Shown: piece by piece, positions 1 through 10,369 of the stretch
Position numbering within the stretch: the first letter of the stretch is position 1
Layout of the letters: each line of letters begins with the position of its first letter
From: Bdellovibrionales bacterium
GTDB lineage: Bacteria > Bdellovibrionota > Bdellovibrionia > Bdellovibrionales > UBA1609
Direction: 5' to 3'
DNA length: 64,000 nt
Assembly (NCBI GenBank): GCA_027317865.1
Contig: DAHVQG010000003.1
Span: forward strand, 96,001 to 160,000
Made by a program: the position numbers and the translations under genes
The notes under the pieces: generated by a model
The model's input: only the letters and a program-made list of their open reading frames with translations
Database searches by the model: none
Told to the model about the DNA's origin: nothing

Positions 1-80
1 TTTCGTTAGCCCATACACCTGAAATTTTGCAAGCAGCCGGCGAAATTTTGGTTGCGGCCGCAGAAAAGGCGGTCAAGTGA
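1..80 (+). CDS. hemL: 3' end of a gene truncated by the window edge, probably glutamate-1-semialdehyde aminotransferase
   Basis: The frame from base 3 reads SLAHTPEILQAAGEILVAAAEKAVK*. SxAHT resembles the HemL C-terminal motif. The stop overlaps the next GTG (GTGA), and a heme operon follows. Confidence 0.55.
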   Translation, partial: SLAHTPEILQAAGEILVAAAEKAVK

Positions 81-985
81 ACTGGCGCCTTTTTCTTGCT
101 ACGTTTTTACACGCGTTTATTTTCGTTTTGATTTTGTGGTGGATGATTTTTGCGGTTTCGCTTATCGATCGGTATGAACCGTCGAGCACCATGGTACAGC
201 ATCGCAACATGCTCATGTGGGAGGGCGGCACGCTGCTCTTTCTAGTTCTCGTCACGGGCGGCATCACGGTCTATCTTCTTTTGCGTGAAAAGCGGCAAAT
301 GCAAAAGCTTGAAGAGTTTGTGGCCGGCTTTACTCACGATTTAAAAACGGCATTGGCGCGCGTGCGGCTTCAAACCGAAAGTTTGCGCGCCGATAACCGC
401 GATTCTTCGCTTAATGAATTGTTCAACCGTCTTATCACAGATACTTCGCGACTTGAAACACAAGTGCAGAATTCGCTTTTTATTGGCGCACACTCCCGAC
501 CCCGCCCGTCTACCGGTTCATCTTTGCATCCCGAAGCGCGATCGCTTCTTTCGCTTGTTGACCTTTTGCAAGATTCCTGGCCACAAATTGAAATAGTTGC
601 GGATATGAACGGCAGCTCCGATGCTGTTCTCAATGTGGACGGGCGAGCGATGGAGTCGGTGCTGAGCAACCTGATTCACAATTCGATTATTCACGGGCAA
701 GCCACTCGCGTCACGATTCAGGCTAAAAGTATGATTACGAGCTCAAAGGGCGGTGCCGTTGCGAACGGAGTGCGATTGCGCGTATTTGATAACGGTCATG
801 GGTTTCATGGCGACGTCAAACGGTTGGGTGAAATGTTTTTTCGCCATAACCCTTCGAGCGGGAGTGGTTTGGGGCTGTTTACGGTAAAAAGCTATGTTGA
901 GCGCATGCAGGGTTCGGTCAAATTCGAAACGTTGCACGATGGATTTTGCATAGAGATCGTTCTGCCGGGGATAATGAAAACATGA
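77..985 (+). CDS. Membrane sensor histidine kinase
   Basis: Two N-terminal TM segments, H-box FTHDLKT, N-box NLIHNS, G1 DNGHG, G2 GSGLGL. Confidence 0.92.
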   Translation: MNWRLFLATFLHAFIFVLILWWMIFAVSLIDRYEPSSTMVQHRNMLMWEGGTLLFLVLVTGGITVYLLLREKRQMQKLEEFVAGFTHDLKTALARVRLQTESLRADNRDSSLNELFNRLITDTSRLETQVQNSLFIGAHSRPRPSTGSSLHPEARSLLSLVDLLQDSWPQIEIVADMNGSSDAVLNVDGRAMESVLSNLIHNSIIHGQATRVTIQAKSMITSSKGGAVANGVRLRVFDNGHGFHGDVKRLGEMFFRHNPSSGSGLGLFTVKSYVERMQGSVKFETLHDGFCIEIVLPGIMKT

Positions 986-1680
986 AAAATTCGGCGGTAA
1001 CAAGTTCGCGGGTATTTTTGCTTGAAGACGATCAAAGTCTTGGCGTCACTTTGACTGAACGTTTGCACAAAGAAGGCTTCGATGTGAAATGGGCGCGGTC
1101 CATTGGCGAAATAAATAAACAAGAGTTAGCAAATACTTTTGATCTTTTAATTTTAGATGTGGGTTTACCCGACGGCAGCGGGTTTGAAGTAGGTAAAGAA
1201 ATTCGCTCCACCAGCGATGTGCCGATCATATTTTTAACGGCGCAAAGTTCGGCCGAAGACCGGCTACGCGGTTACGAAATTGGCGCAGAAGAATTTATTC
1301 CAAAACCGTTTCATTTGAGAGAACTATTTTTGCGCGTGCGGCACGTTCTTCGTAATCATCCCCGAAGTCAAAAATTGACCCTGGCCGATGTGACCGTCGA
1401 CTTCGCGTCTTTATCGGTCGAGCGTTCAAACGGCGACGGAGACCTTACAAAAGAAAAACTCAACGCCAAAGAGGCCCGCGTATTGCGGCTTTTGATAGAG
1501 CGTTCCCCGAGTGTTGTCAGTCGAGACGAACTTCTTGATCGTGTTTGGGGGGTGAACGAATACCCATCGAATCGAACTGTTGATAATGTGATCGTTCGTT
1601 TACGACAGCTTTTAGGGCCCATTGCAGGCCAGAAAATTGTTTCGGTTCGCGGGATAGGTTATCAGTGGGTGCAATCGTGA
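982..1680 (+). CDS. OmpR/PhoB-family response regulator
   Basis: Receiver motifs LLEDD, LDVGLPD, KPF and winged-helix RTVDNVIVRLR...VRGIGY. The ATG at 982 overlaps the kinase stop (ATGA). Confidence 0.93.
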   Translation: MKNSAVTSSRVFLLEDDQSLGVTLTERLHKEGFDVKWARSIGEINKQELANTFDLLILDVGLPDGSGFEVGKEIRSTSDVPIIFLTAQSSAEDRLRGYEIGAEEFIPKPFHLRELFLRVRHVLRNHPRSQKLTLADVTVDFASLSVERSNGDGDLTKEKLNAKEARVLRLLIERSPSVVSRDELLDRVWGVNEYPSNRTVDNVIVRLRQLLGPIAGQKIVSVRGIGYQWVQS

Positions 1681-2699
1681 CGACCAACGAGCATGCCCGT
1701 GTTGGCAATATAAAATTTCAAAATGCGTGCGCGAAGAAAGCACAAAACGTGCCGCCGATCTGGTTTATGCGACAGGCGGGCCGCTACCACCGGCACTATC
1801 AGAAATTGCGCGAACGCTATACGTTTATGCAACTTTGCAAAGAACCTGAACTTGCGGCAGAGGTTGCACTTGGGCCTGTTCGCGATTTCGATTTTGATGT
1901 TGCCATCTTGTTTAGCGATCTTTTATTTCCTCTTGAAGCTCTGGGGATGAAACTCGCATACAACCCCGCGCCACAATTTGAAAGCCCCCTCGACGCAAAA
2001 ATGTTTAAGCGATTGCGCGGCGTGGATGAAGCCGCCAAACATCTGGAGTTTCAAAAGCGGGCAATGCAGCTGACGCGCGAAACGCTACCTAATGAGAAAA
2101 GTTTAATTGGTTTTGTTGGCGGCCCGTGGACATTGTTCAACTATGCGACAGGCGCGAACATCGCCGACAGGGGATTATTTATAAAATTCTCCTTAGTGAT
2201 GCTGGAGCTTCTCAAACGAAATATCGCGCTTCAATTAGAAGGTGGCGCCGAAATTGTGATGATTTTCGATACGTCGGCAGGTGAACTTGACCCCGTGTTG
2301 TTTGATGAGTTGGTTTGTCCGGGAATTCAGGAGCTGGCCGGTATGTTTCCACATCGTCTCGGATACTATTCGAAGCAAACTCAAGTGCATCATATCTCGA
2401 AGTTTTTTATCGAAACGAATCTCGCGGGAATTGGTCTCGATCATCACTGGGATTTGAGTGCAGCGCTCAGAGATAAACATACCGGATTTATTCAAGGTAA
2501 CTTCAACCAGTCCTTAATGCTGCTCGAGCCGAGTGAATTTGAAAAGCAGCTGCAGAAGTGGCTTGCCCCCCTATGCGAAATGCGCGCTGAAGACCGCGCC
2601 GGTTGGGTTTGCGGTTTGGGGCACGGGGTGTTGCCGAAAACTCCCGAAGAAAATGTGCGTCGATTGGTACAAAAAGTGCGTGAGGCATTTTCAAAATGA
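1677..2699 (+). CDS. hemE: Uroporphyrinogen decarboxylase
   Basis: PIWFMRQAGRY, AILFSD, GFVGGPWT and LGHGV motifs. GTGA overlap with the upstream stop; start inferred. Confidence 0.95.
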   Translation: MTTNEHARVGNIKFQNACAKKAQNVPPIWFMRQAGRYHRHYQKLRERYTFMQLCKEPELAAEVALGPVRDFDFDVAILFSDLLFPLEALGMKLAYNPAPQFESPLDAKMFKRLRGVDEAAKHLEFQKRAMQLTRETLPNEKSLIGFVGGPWTLFNYATGANIADRGLFIKFSLVMLELLKRNIALQLEGGAEIVMIFDTSAGELDPVLFDELVCPGIQELAGMFPHRLGYYSKQTQVHHISKFFIETNLAGIGLDHHWDLSAALRDKHTGFIQGNFNQSLMLLEPSEFEKQLQKWLAPLCEMRAEDRAGWVCGLGHGVLPKTPEENVRRLVQKVREAFSK

Positions 2700-4024
2700 A
2701 AAAAGTTTGCATTATCGGCGGCGGTTTTAGCGGGCTGAGCCTGGCCTACTATCTGTCGCGTGCTGGCGTAAAAGTTGAACTATTTGAAAAGTCGGATCGA
2801 CTCGGTGGTCTAATTTCGACCTTATCTTTGGGATGGGGGAAGGTTGAAACTGCGGCCAGCGGTTTAATCGGATCACCACTTGTTGACGATCTGATTCATG
2901 AGCTAGATCTTGAATATGCGGATCGGCCTAACCAATCTACCCGCGCCCGTTACGTCTTTCGCGAGCGCCCACGAAAGTGGCCTTTACGTGTGGGCGAAAC
3001 GTTGCGGCTGACGCAGGGCCTATCTAAAATCGGTTTGCACCGGGCATTAAACGGTGTTCGTAATGCCGGCAATGAAACAAGCGGGGCTAAACCCCTTGGC
3101 ATAACGGCCAAAGAATGGGTGAGTCGACAATTCGGAGCGAGTGCATTCGATTATCTCATCGGTCCGGCTCTGCAAGGAGTGCTCGGAACCGACGACGTGG
3201 CCGCTGACACATTACTTGACTACGTTCGGGGCATGCGAAAAAAGGGCCGGAGTAAGGGTCAAAACGACGGGTTTAAAAATGGCGACAATCAAAAACGCTA
3301 CCCCCGCGGAACAGTTTCGCCAAAACAGGGTATGGGTGATCTTATATTAGCCTTATCGAAGAAGGTCGAAGAATTGGGTTGCATTACACATTTGAACACG
3401 GCGGCTGAATGGCGCGATGACATCACGACCGTGATTGCGGCACCGGCCTACGTCGCCGCTGGAATGGTTTCCGAACGCTTGCCGGAGTTGGCGCACGAGC
3501 TTGCCAAAATTCAATATTTGCCGCTGACAACCGCGACCGTGGCTTTTTCACAAAATGACGGGCACGACGAGATAACAAATGGATTTGGTTGCCTGTTCCC
3601 GAAGAGCGAGAAATTTAACGCTTTGGGGGTGTTGTTTTCGAGTTCCATTTTTGACCGTCCCCATGACGGCGAGATCGAGACGTGGTTGTTCGGCGGCCCG
3701 CAAGCTTCAGATGAAATCATTATAAATAAAATCTGTATCGACCGCGCACGGTTATTGCGTCGAATAGCTGGCGGCAATGAAGTGCATCGAAAGTTGCTTA
3801 AGAATTTTAAAATTACCCACTGGTCGCGCGCCTTACCGCATTACGATTTATCAACCAGCGAGGTGTTGCGTAAAGTGCCGCGGATTTTGGCCGATTCACG
3901 CAATGCCCGGCGGGGCCATGGTGCCGGGCTGTATCTCACCGGAAATTATCTGGGTGAGATAGGATTGGGGCGAATTCTTGCGCGTAATTTTGAACTCGCG
4001 CGGCAGATTGCGAGTGATATTTGA
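2696..4024 (+). CDS. hemY: HemY-family FAD-dependent proto/coproporphyrinogen oxidase
   Basis: N-terminal IIGGGFSGL...EKSDRLGG dinucleotide fold, GFGCLFP, ALPHY and GNYLG motifs; located between hemE and hemH. Confidence 0.85.
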   Translation: MKKVCIIGGGFSGLSLAYYLSRAGVKVELFEKSDRLGGLISTLSLGWGKVETAASGLIGSPLVDDLIHELDLEYADRPNQSTRARYVFRERPRKWPLRVGETLRLTQGLSKIGLHRALNGVRNAGNETSGAKPLGITAKEWVSRQFGASAFDYLIGPALQGVLGTDDVAADTLLDYVRGMRKKGRSKGQNDGFKNGDNQKRYPRGTVSPKQGMGDLILALSKKVEELGCITHLNTAAEWRDDITTVIAAPAYVAAGMVSERLPELAHELAKIQYLPLTTATVAFSQNDGHDEITNGFGCLFPKSEKFNALGVLFSSSIFDRPHDGEIETWLFGGPQASDEIIINKICIDRARLLRRIAGGNEVHRKLLKNFKITHWSRALPHYDLSTSEVLRKVPRILADSRNARRGHGAGLYLTGNYLGEIGLGRILARNFELARQIASDI

Positions 4025-5016
4025 AAAATAACGCACTTCTCGTGATGAATCTTGGCAGTCCGAAGTCAACTTCTGTTGGTGATGTCGGCGCGTATTTACG
4101 TGAATTTCTGATGGATCCGTACGTGATTGACTTGCCGTGGTTGTTTCGATGGTTTCTGGTGAATGTCGTAATTGTACCGTTTCGCTCGCCAAAGTCGGCT
4201 CAGTTGTACAATAAGATTTGGCGCGAAAAGACAGGCTCGCCGCTTTTACACATATCAAAAAAGTTTGTCGAAAAATTGCAAGATCAATTTGTGTCTTCCG
4301 AAGACATCAAACAAGTGAAGTTGGCGATGCGTTACGGTGAGCCCGATCTTCGCGCGACGCTGAACCGAATGCTGAATGAACTGTCGAGCATTGATAAGCT
4401 CTATGTTTTGCCCATGTACCCGCAGTACGCGGAGTCTTCGACGAAAAGCGCTCTCGTTAGAGTACGACAAATTTTGCGGGAGCTTCAGTTTGGTGGCGAA
4501 ATAGTTGAGTGCCGCGGTTTCTTTAGGCATCCCGGGTTTATTGAGTGCGTAACGAAGAAAATTGTAACTGAAATTGAGACTTTTCAACCCGATCATTTGC
4601 TCCTCAGTTATCATGGTCTGCCCATGCGACAGGTTGGCAGTTATCGGGATGAATGTCTTGCGACGACGGCGGCGATTTCGGAGGAGCTGGATAAGCGCGG
4701 CGCGTGGCCAAAAGAGAAGGTCTCAACGGGGTTTCAATCGCGACTCAACGAGCGCTGGATTCAACCTTTTTCAGACCACTTCTACCGAACTTTACCGGCG
4801 CAAGGAGTGCGAAAATTGTTGGTGGCTTGCCCTTCTTTTGTCGCCGATTGTTTAGAAACACTTGAAGAAGTGGCGATTCGCGGTCGCGATGAATTTTGTG
4901 CGCACGGGGGCGGAGATTTGCGGCTGGTACCTTGCTTGAATGACTTTGACGAGTGGGTGAACGCGGTCGCTGACATTGTGCGGGATCAAAATTATTGGCA
5001 AGTTTATCAACTTTGA
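4021..5016 (+). CDS. hemH: Ferrochelatase
   Basis: NLGSP, GSPL, AMRYGEP, LPMYPQYA, SYHGLP, FQSR and FVADCLETLEE motifs; TTG start. Confidence 0.96.
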   Translation: MKNNALLVMNLGSPKSTSVGDVGAYLREFLMDPYVIDLPWLFRWFLVNVVIVPFRSPKSAQLYNKIWREKTGSPLLHISKKFVEKLQDQFVSSEDIKQVKLAMRYGEPDLRATLNRMLNELSSIDKLYVLPMYPQYAESSTKSALVRVRQILRELQFGGEIVECRGFFRHPGFIECVTKKIVTEIETFQPDHLLLSYHGLPMRQVGSYRDECLATTAAISEELDKRGAWPKEKVSTGFQSRLNERWIQPFSDHFYRTLPAQGVRKLLVACPSFVADCLETLEEVAIRGRDEFCAHGGGDLRLVPCLNDFDEWVNAVADIVRDQNYWQVYQL

Positions 5017-5028
5017 TAAGGCACGAAT

Positions 5029-5790
5029 GTGAAACGATTGAGACAAAAGCATTTTCGGCGGTATTTGCTGACCCGAGAAGAATTGTGTTCGGCGGCACAT
5101 ATTTCCGAGTTGCATCCTCGAATCGCGCAATTATACCGACAGTGGCGAATGGGGCAATTGGGCGACGTTGAAGTCGTGAGTGAGTATATCTTGAATTTTT
5201 TGCGCGTCTTTCGCCCGCGCGATTATTTAGGCGGGCCGCATAATCGGAATTTATTTGGACCGGAACTGCGGCAGCAAGTGTTCTTGCATGACGAAGGCGA
5301 TTCTCTAAACGAGCTTATGGGTGTGCCCATTTTCGCAAAATATTCTCTGCGATCAGTACCGCTTGCCGTCAATCGCGCAATAGTGGGGTGGGCTCAGAAG
5401 CGCTATTCCTTGCGCTTGCTAGATTATATCCCCTCCGCTGAGAAACTTCTTAAGTGGCAGGCTTCGGGTGAACGCATTGTTACTTGTTTATTCAAACCTA
5501 CCGAATTGACGGACTGGGTAAGCGACTCACGCGATCCGTTAGGATTTGTTTTGCACGATCTGATTCACGCGGATCATTTTTTTCGCGATCCCGCTCTATG
5601 TGCGAGCCAAGTTGAGTTTTATCGTGAAGTTAGTGAGAAAATGGAGCGGGGTGAGTATTTACGAATTTTGAGCGATGCGGGTCGCCGTGCGGAATTTGAG
5701 TACATCGTGAGCGACATGAATTCTCATCCTGCGCACTTGCGGGCCTGTTTGTTGTGGCTCGAACGTACGAGTGGTAGCGTGGGGATATGA
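5029..5790 (+). CDS. Hypothetical protein with His-rich motif
   Basis: 253-aa ORF in the operon; contains LHDLIHADHF and SDMNSHP; its stop overlaps the next ATG. Confidence 0.75.
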   Translation: MKRLRQKHFRRYLLTREELCSAAHISELHPRIAQLYRQWRMGQLGDVEVVSEYILNFLRVFRPRDYLGGPHNRNLFGPELRQQVFLHDEGDSLNELMGVPIFAKYSLRSVPLAVNRAIVGWAQKRYSLRLLDYIPSAEKLLKWQASGERIVTCLFKPTELTDWVSDSRDPLGFVLHDLIHADHFFRDPALCASQVEFYREVSEKMERGEYLRILSDAGRRAEFEYIVSDMNSHPAHLRACLLWLERTSGSVGI

Positions 5791-6197
5791 AACCTATCGA
5801 CGTGGCTCAACTTCGTCGCGAAGTTTGGTTTGAGGCTGTTGCAAGTCGAGGACCTGGCGGGCAAAACGTCAACAAAGTCGCTTCGGCAGCCCTATTGCTT
5901 TGGGATATTCACGCCTCACGGGCGCTAACTGACGTTGAGAAGCTGCGAATCATCCCGAAATTTCGCAAGATCATCAATCGCGCGGGTGTGGTTTTTATTC
6001 GCTCCGACGAATTTCGTGATCTTGAGCAAAATAAATCGCGGTCATTTGAAAAACTCGTTTCGCGTTTAGATCAGGCACGGCATGTGCCTAAACCGCGACG
6101 ACCGACAAAACCGACGCGCGCATCAAAAATAAAGCGACATGAAACTAAAAAGCGGCGCGGTGAAAGAAAAAAACTGCGCAGTCGCGTGGAGTACTAG
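5787..6197 (+). CDS. arfB: Alternative ribosome rescue peptidyl-tRNA hydrolase
   Basis: GPGGQNVNK motif and basic C-terminal tail RRPTKPTRASK...KKRRGERKKLR. Confidence 0.93.
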   Translation: MKPIDVAQLRREVWFEAVASRGPGGQNVNKVASAALLLWDIHASRALTDVEKLRIIPKFRKIINRAGVVFIRSDEFRDLEQNKSRSFEKLVSRLDQARHVPKPRRPTKPTRASKIKRHETKKRRGERKKLRSRVEY

Positions 6198-6347
6198 GGG
6201 GTATCAATGAAAAGAACCGGTGGTTGCTTTTGCGGCTGGTTGGTCGACCCCACAATTGTCTTTATTGTTTTGCGCCCCTGCAATAATTGGGGTTATAACG
6301 CTAAACCTGCATAAGCATGAAAAAACAGTCGATGAAAGCGAGGCGCA

Positions 6348-7304
6348 ATGCTGTACAACAATATTCTTGAAACCATCGGCCGTACGCCGCTCGTTCGGCT
6401 CAACCACATTGGCAAAGAGTACGCGTGTACCTTTTGGGCGAAGTGCGAATATTTCAATCCAGGTGGGTCTGTCAAAGATCGTATTGCTTACCGGATGATT
6501 CTAGAAGCCGAAAAATCGGGTCGAATCAAAAAAGGCGACACTCTTATTGAAGCGACTTCCGGTAATACCGGTATTGGAATTGCGCTTGCCGGTGCGGTTC
6601 TCGGTTACAAAGTGATCATTACGATGCCGGCTAAGATGAGCCGTGAAAAACAAGTTGTTCTCGAAGCGCTGGGAGCAAAAATCGTGCGCACTCCCACTGA
6701 GGCGGCATTTGATTCACCTGAAAGTCACATTAGTGTCGCTCGAAAAATGCAAAAAGAAATTCCGCGTTCGTACATTCTTGACCAATATCGGAACGCCGAC
6801 AATCCGCGCGTTCATTACGAAACTACGGCCGCAGAAATTGTAGAAGATTTAAACGGCCAAGTGGATATGGTGGTGATGGGCGCGGGCACGGGTGGCACGC
6901 TCGCGGGAGTGGCCGATCGGCTCAAAAAAGAAAACCCAAAAATTCAAATCGTGGGGGCTGACCCCGAAGGTTCGATTCTTGCTGGACCGAGCGAAGTGAA
7001 ATCATATGCTGTCGAGGGTATAGGCTACGATTTTATCCCCGAAGTGATGAAGGATGCGAAAGTTGATCGTTGGGTAAAAACCAACGACCGTGAATCGTTT
7101 CTACTCGCGCGGCGAATGATCCGCGAAGAGGGAATTCTTTGCGGTGGATCAACAGGATCGGCACTGCAAGCGGCGTTGGCGTGTGCGCCGTCATTAAAAA
7201 AGGGGCAGAATTTAGTTGTGATTGTTCCCGATAGCGTGCGTAATTATATGACGAAATTTTTAGACGACGATTGGATGAACAAGAACGGTTTTATGAATGC
7301 GTAA
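6348..7304 (+). CDS. PLP-dependent cystathionine beta-synthase / cysteine synthase family protein
   Basis: [39 protein letters not shown] and [10 protein letters not shown] (CBS-like) motifs. Confidence 0.92.
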   Translation: MLYNNILETIGRTPLVRLNHIGKEYACTFWAKCEYFNPGGSVKDRIAYRMILEAEKSGRIKKGDTLIEATSGNTGIGIALAGAVLGYKVIITMPAKMSREKQVVLEALGAKIVRTPTEAAFDSPESHISVARKMQKEIPRSYILDQYRNADNPRVHYETTAAEIVEDLNGQVDMVVMGAGTGGTLAGVADRLKKENPKIQIVGADPEGSILAGPSEVKSYAVEGIGYDFIPEVMKDAKVDRWVKTNDRESFLLARRMIREEGILCGGSTGSALQAALACAPSLKKGQNLVVIVPDSVRNYMTKFLDDDWMNKNGFMNA

Positions 7305-7354
7305 CAACGCGGCGACCTTATTGTAATTCGACTGCACTTCGGCGACGATAAAAC

Positions 7355-8257
7355 ATGAAAATCGCAATTTTAACTACCAGTCCGAACAATTACTCGAATC
7401 GGCGAATTATTTTCGAAGCCGAGAAACGCGGCCATACGGTCGTGCTCGTCAATTATTTGCGTTGCTATCTAAAAGTTACTCCAAAAGATTGCGCCATTTT
7501 CTATGCTGGGCACGAGCTGCGCGATTTTGACGCTGTCATTCCACGCGTTGGGGCTTCGCATACGTTTTTTGGCGCGGCGGTTGTACGGCAGTTTGAAATT
7601 ATGAAGACGCTTTGTTTGAACTCGTCGCTCGGTATCACGCGATCACGCGACAAATTGCGTGCGCTACAAACACTCGCTCGCCGCGGATTTATGATACCCG
7701 ATACGGGTTCGTCTCATTCGACGAATGACGTTGGCGGTCTGATCGACGTCGTCGGGGGCACCCCATTGGTTGTAAAACTTGTCGAGGGGACTCAAGGTTT
7801 AGGAGTGGTGTTGACCCGCACGCGCAAGGCGGCCGAATCGGTGATCCAGGCCTTTTGCGGCATGCGTTCAGACATTCTCGTGCAAGATTTTATTAGCGAA
7901 GCTCGCGGCGCCGATGTGCGGTTATTCGTGGTCGGCGAAAAGGTAGTGGCATCGATGCTTCGTAAAGCCGCCAAAGGCGATTTTCGATCGAACGTGCACC
8001 GTGGAGGTTCGGCGAGGCCCATAAAAATATCCCAGCGCGAACGTTCGATGGCTGTTCGCGCGGCCCGACATCTTGGTCTGCGCGTTGCTGGAGTTGACAT
8101 CATTCGGTCAAAGCGTGGCCCGATGATTCTTGAAGTCAATTCTTCGCCGGGGCTTGAAGGCATCGAATCCACAACTGGTGTTAATGTTGCAGAAGAAATC
8201 GTGCGCTATCTTGAGCGACAGAGTCAACGGCACCAAACAAAAAATATTCAGACGTAG
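7355..8257 (+). CDS. rimK: Ribosomal protein S6 glutamylation ligase (ATP-grasp)
   Basis: DAVIPRVGAS, SRDKLR, EGTQGLGV, FRSNVHRGG and EVNSSPGLEGIE motifs. Confidence 0.93.
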   Translation: MKIAILTTSPNNYSNRRIIFEAEKRGHTVVLVNYLRCYLKVTPKDCAIFYAGHELRDFDAVIPRVGASHTFFGAAVVRQFEIMKTLCLNSSLGITRSRDKLRALQTLARRGFMIPDTGSSHSTNDVGGLIDVVGGTPLVVKLVEGTQGLGVVLTRTRKAAESVIQAFCGMRSDILVQDFISEARGADVRLFVVGEKVVASMLRKAAKGDFRSNVHRGGSARPIKISQRERSMAVRAARHLGLRVAGVDIIRSKRGPMILEVNSSPGLEGIESTTGVNVAEEIVRYLERQSQRHQTKNIQT

Positions 8258-8266
8258 CAGCAAGTT

Positions 8267-9163
8267 TCAAAGAGCGGTGTCAATTTTTGTTAGTGTCTTG
8301 GGTCGCGCAAGACGTGTAGCTCCAAAAGCCGCTAGAAATATGAGAAGCCCGCCCAGCGCCTGCAACAGAGTAATTCTCTCGTTGAGCAGTAAGACCGCAA
8401 AAAGCAGAGCGAAAGGCGACTCCAAAAGAAAGAGCAAACTTGACAGCGATGATGATAGCGTCTTTTGCGCTTTGACTTGTAAAAAAAAGCCGAGCAGTGT
8501 CGAACCGAAAATGAGAGAAAATGTCCCCAAGGCCGCACGCCAGTCGAGTGTGCGAAAATAGCAGTGCGGATAAAATGGAATAAATAAAGCCGCTGCCACT
8601 GCCGCCCATAGACTTTGAAACGCATTGTAAGCCAATGGTGACTCGATCTGTTGGCTTTGACGACCAATCAAAACGATTTGCAATGCAGCGGTAACCGAAC
8701 AAGCCAATGTGAGAACGTCACCGGAATTGAATTGGCCAAGTTGAAGATTGACCATGAGACCTGTTCCGACCAATGCAATAGTCACCCAAACAAAATGAAG
8801 CTGGCGCAATTTGTGCTTGAAAATAAGTAGTTCGATGAGCGGCACAAATACAACATACAATGTTGTGATGAAGCTGCTGTTGGTTGCCGACGTGTATTCA
8901 AGACCCCACGTTTGCAAAAGCAGCGTAATTCCAAGAAATATGCCCGGCCAGAAACTCATACGGAGATAGCGGCGATTCAAAAATGGACGGGTAGACGGTT
9001 GAAAAAATATAATGGCGCTTGTGACGACGAAGCATATTGTGAAGCGGCTGAGAGTCAAAGTGATGGTATCGAAACTATGCTGTGCCCAAATGGTCGCGGT
9101 AAAACCGAATCCCCATATCAGAGTCGCGACCAAAAGTTCTGCGGCGGCGATCCATGTTTTCAT
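8267..9163 (-). CDS. DMT/EamA-family transporter
   Basis: About 10 TM segments; IWGFGF, QTWGLEYTSATNSSFIT and LESPFA motifs. Confidence 0.9.
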   Translation of the reverse strand: MKTWIAAAELLVATLIWGFGFTATIWAQHSFDTITLTLSRFTICFVVTSAIIFFQPSTRPFLNRRYLRMSFWPGIFLGITLLLQTWGLEYTSATNSSFITTLYVVFVPLIELLIFKHKLRQLHFVWVTIALVGTGLMVNLQLGQFNSGDVLTLACSVTAALQIVLIGRQSQQIESPLAYNAFQSLWAAVAAALFIPFYPHCYFRTLDWRAALGTFSLIFGSTLLGFFLQVKAQKTLSSSLSSLLFLLESPFALLFAVLLLNERITLLQALGGLLIFLAAFGATRLARPKTLTKIDTAL

Positions 9164-9184
9164 TTTGTACAACCGCTCCAGTTT

Positions 9185-10369
9185 TTATGCCGCTAAATCA
9201 TCATCGGCGTTAGGTCGAGAGCGATAATTTTCTTCTGCCAAAACTTTTTCTTTAGGGACAGTAATCCAAAATTCCGTGCCCACGCCGACGGTGCTTTTGA
9301 GCGCGATATCGCCACCCATTGCGCGAATCATGCGCTGACTGATGGGCATGCCGAGGCCCGTACCTTTGGAATGGTTTGCGACCTTGCCGAGAGTCTCAAA
9401 TTCGTTAAAGACTTTTGCTTGGTCGCCTTCGGCAATTCCAGGACCGGTGTCTTTGACATGCAGTTCAACCGTAGACGGAGTATTGACGAAGAATATGTCG
9501 ACTTTGCCGCCGGAGCGATTGTATTTGATGGCATTGTTAATAATATTCGCAACTATTTGGCGCATGCGGAGTTCGTCAAAATAGCAGCCGGTTTCATAAT
9601 CAGGTTGGTTCAAAAAAAGTTGCACGTGCGCCGCTTCAGCCATTGGTTTCAGGCTTTCGATTTCATTTTTTGTCAACGCAGCAAGTTCATGTTGTTCGAC
9701 GTAATAATCCATACGGTTAGCTTGAATTTTAGCAAAATCGAGAATGTCATTGACGAGTTCGAGCATGTGTTGACCTTGCGTATAGATCATTTCGACAAAT
9801 TCGTCATGCTGTTCGGGAGTGTCAAATAATTTTAACTTTAAAATTTCAGCCGAAGCGACAACCGCCGAAAGTGGCGTGCGCAATTCGTGCGTGGTCATCG
9901 CAATGAATCGGTTCTTTGCCAAATCGAGATCTTTGAGTTGTTTATTTTGCCGCAAAAGTTCTTGATACGCATTGTGAATGACCGTCTGCTTTTCGGTGAT
10001 TTCGCGCTGCAATTTCTTTTGTAAAGTTACATCTTGAACCATTAACAGAAGGAGCGTTTGGTTGTCAGTTTGCACTTGTTTAATGCCAAGGGTGGCAAAA
10101 AAGTTAATATTGCTCAGTTTTTTTATTACGACTTCTTGAAAAAATCCCTGCAGTTCGAGAATTTCAGCATTGAGATATTTGACGCGTGAATCGCCTTTAT
10201 TGGCCGGAAAAATCTGAGAAAGTTGAACTTTCGAAATGTCGGCGCCAAATGGGAATTCCAACAAATCCCGTGCGCGCTGATTGGCATACACGAAATGGCC
10301 ATCCGGGTTTGCCACTAATATCGCCATTGTTGCTTCGTCGGAAATCACTCGGTATAGGTCGTTTTTCAT
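9185..10369 (-). CDS. Cytoplasmic PAS-domain sensor histidine kinase
   Basis: N-terminal PAS-like region, THELRTPL, NAIKY, DTGPGI and GTGLG motifs; no TM segment. Confidence 0.92.
   Translation of the reverse strand: MKNDLYRVISDEATMAILVANPDGHFVYANQRARDLLEFPFGADISKVQLSQIFPANKGDSRVKYLNAEILELQGFFQEVVIKKLSNINFFATLGIKQVQTDNQTLLLLMVQDVTLQKKLQREITEKQTVIHNAYQELLRQNKQLKDLDLAKNRFIAMTTHELRTPLSAVVASAEILKLKLFDTPEQHDEFVEMIYTQGQHMLELVNDILDFAKIQANRMDYYVEQHELAALTKNEIESLKPMAEAAHVQLFLNQPDYETGCYFDELRMRQIVANIINNAIKYNRSGGKVDIFFVNTPSTVELHVKDTGPGIAEGDQAKVFNEFETLGKVANHSKGTGLGMPISQRMIRAMGGDIALKSTVGVGTEFWITVPKEKVLAEENYRSRPNADDDLAA

Noticed and set aside
6204-6498. Short ORFs between arfB and the CBS-like gene
   Set aside because: They overlap the real gene in other frames and show no coding features.
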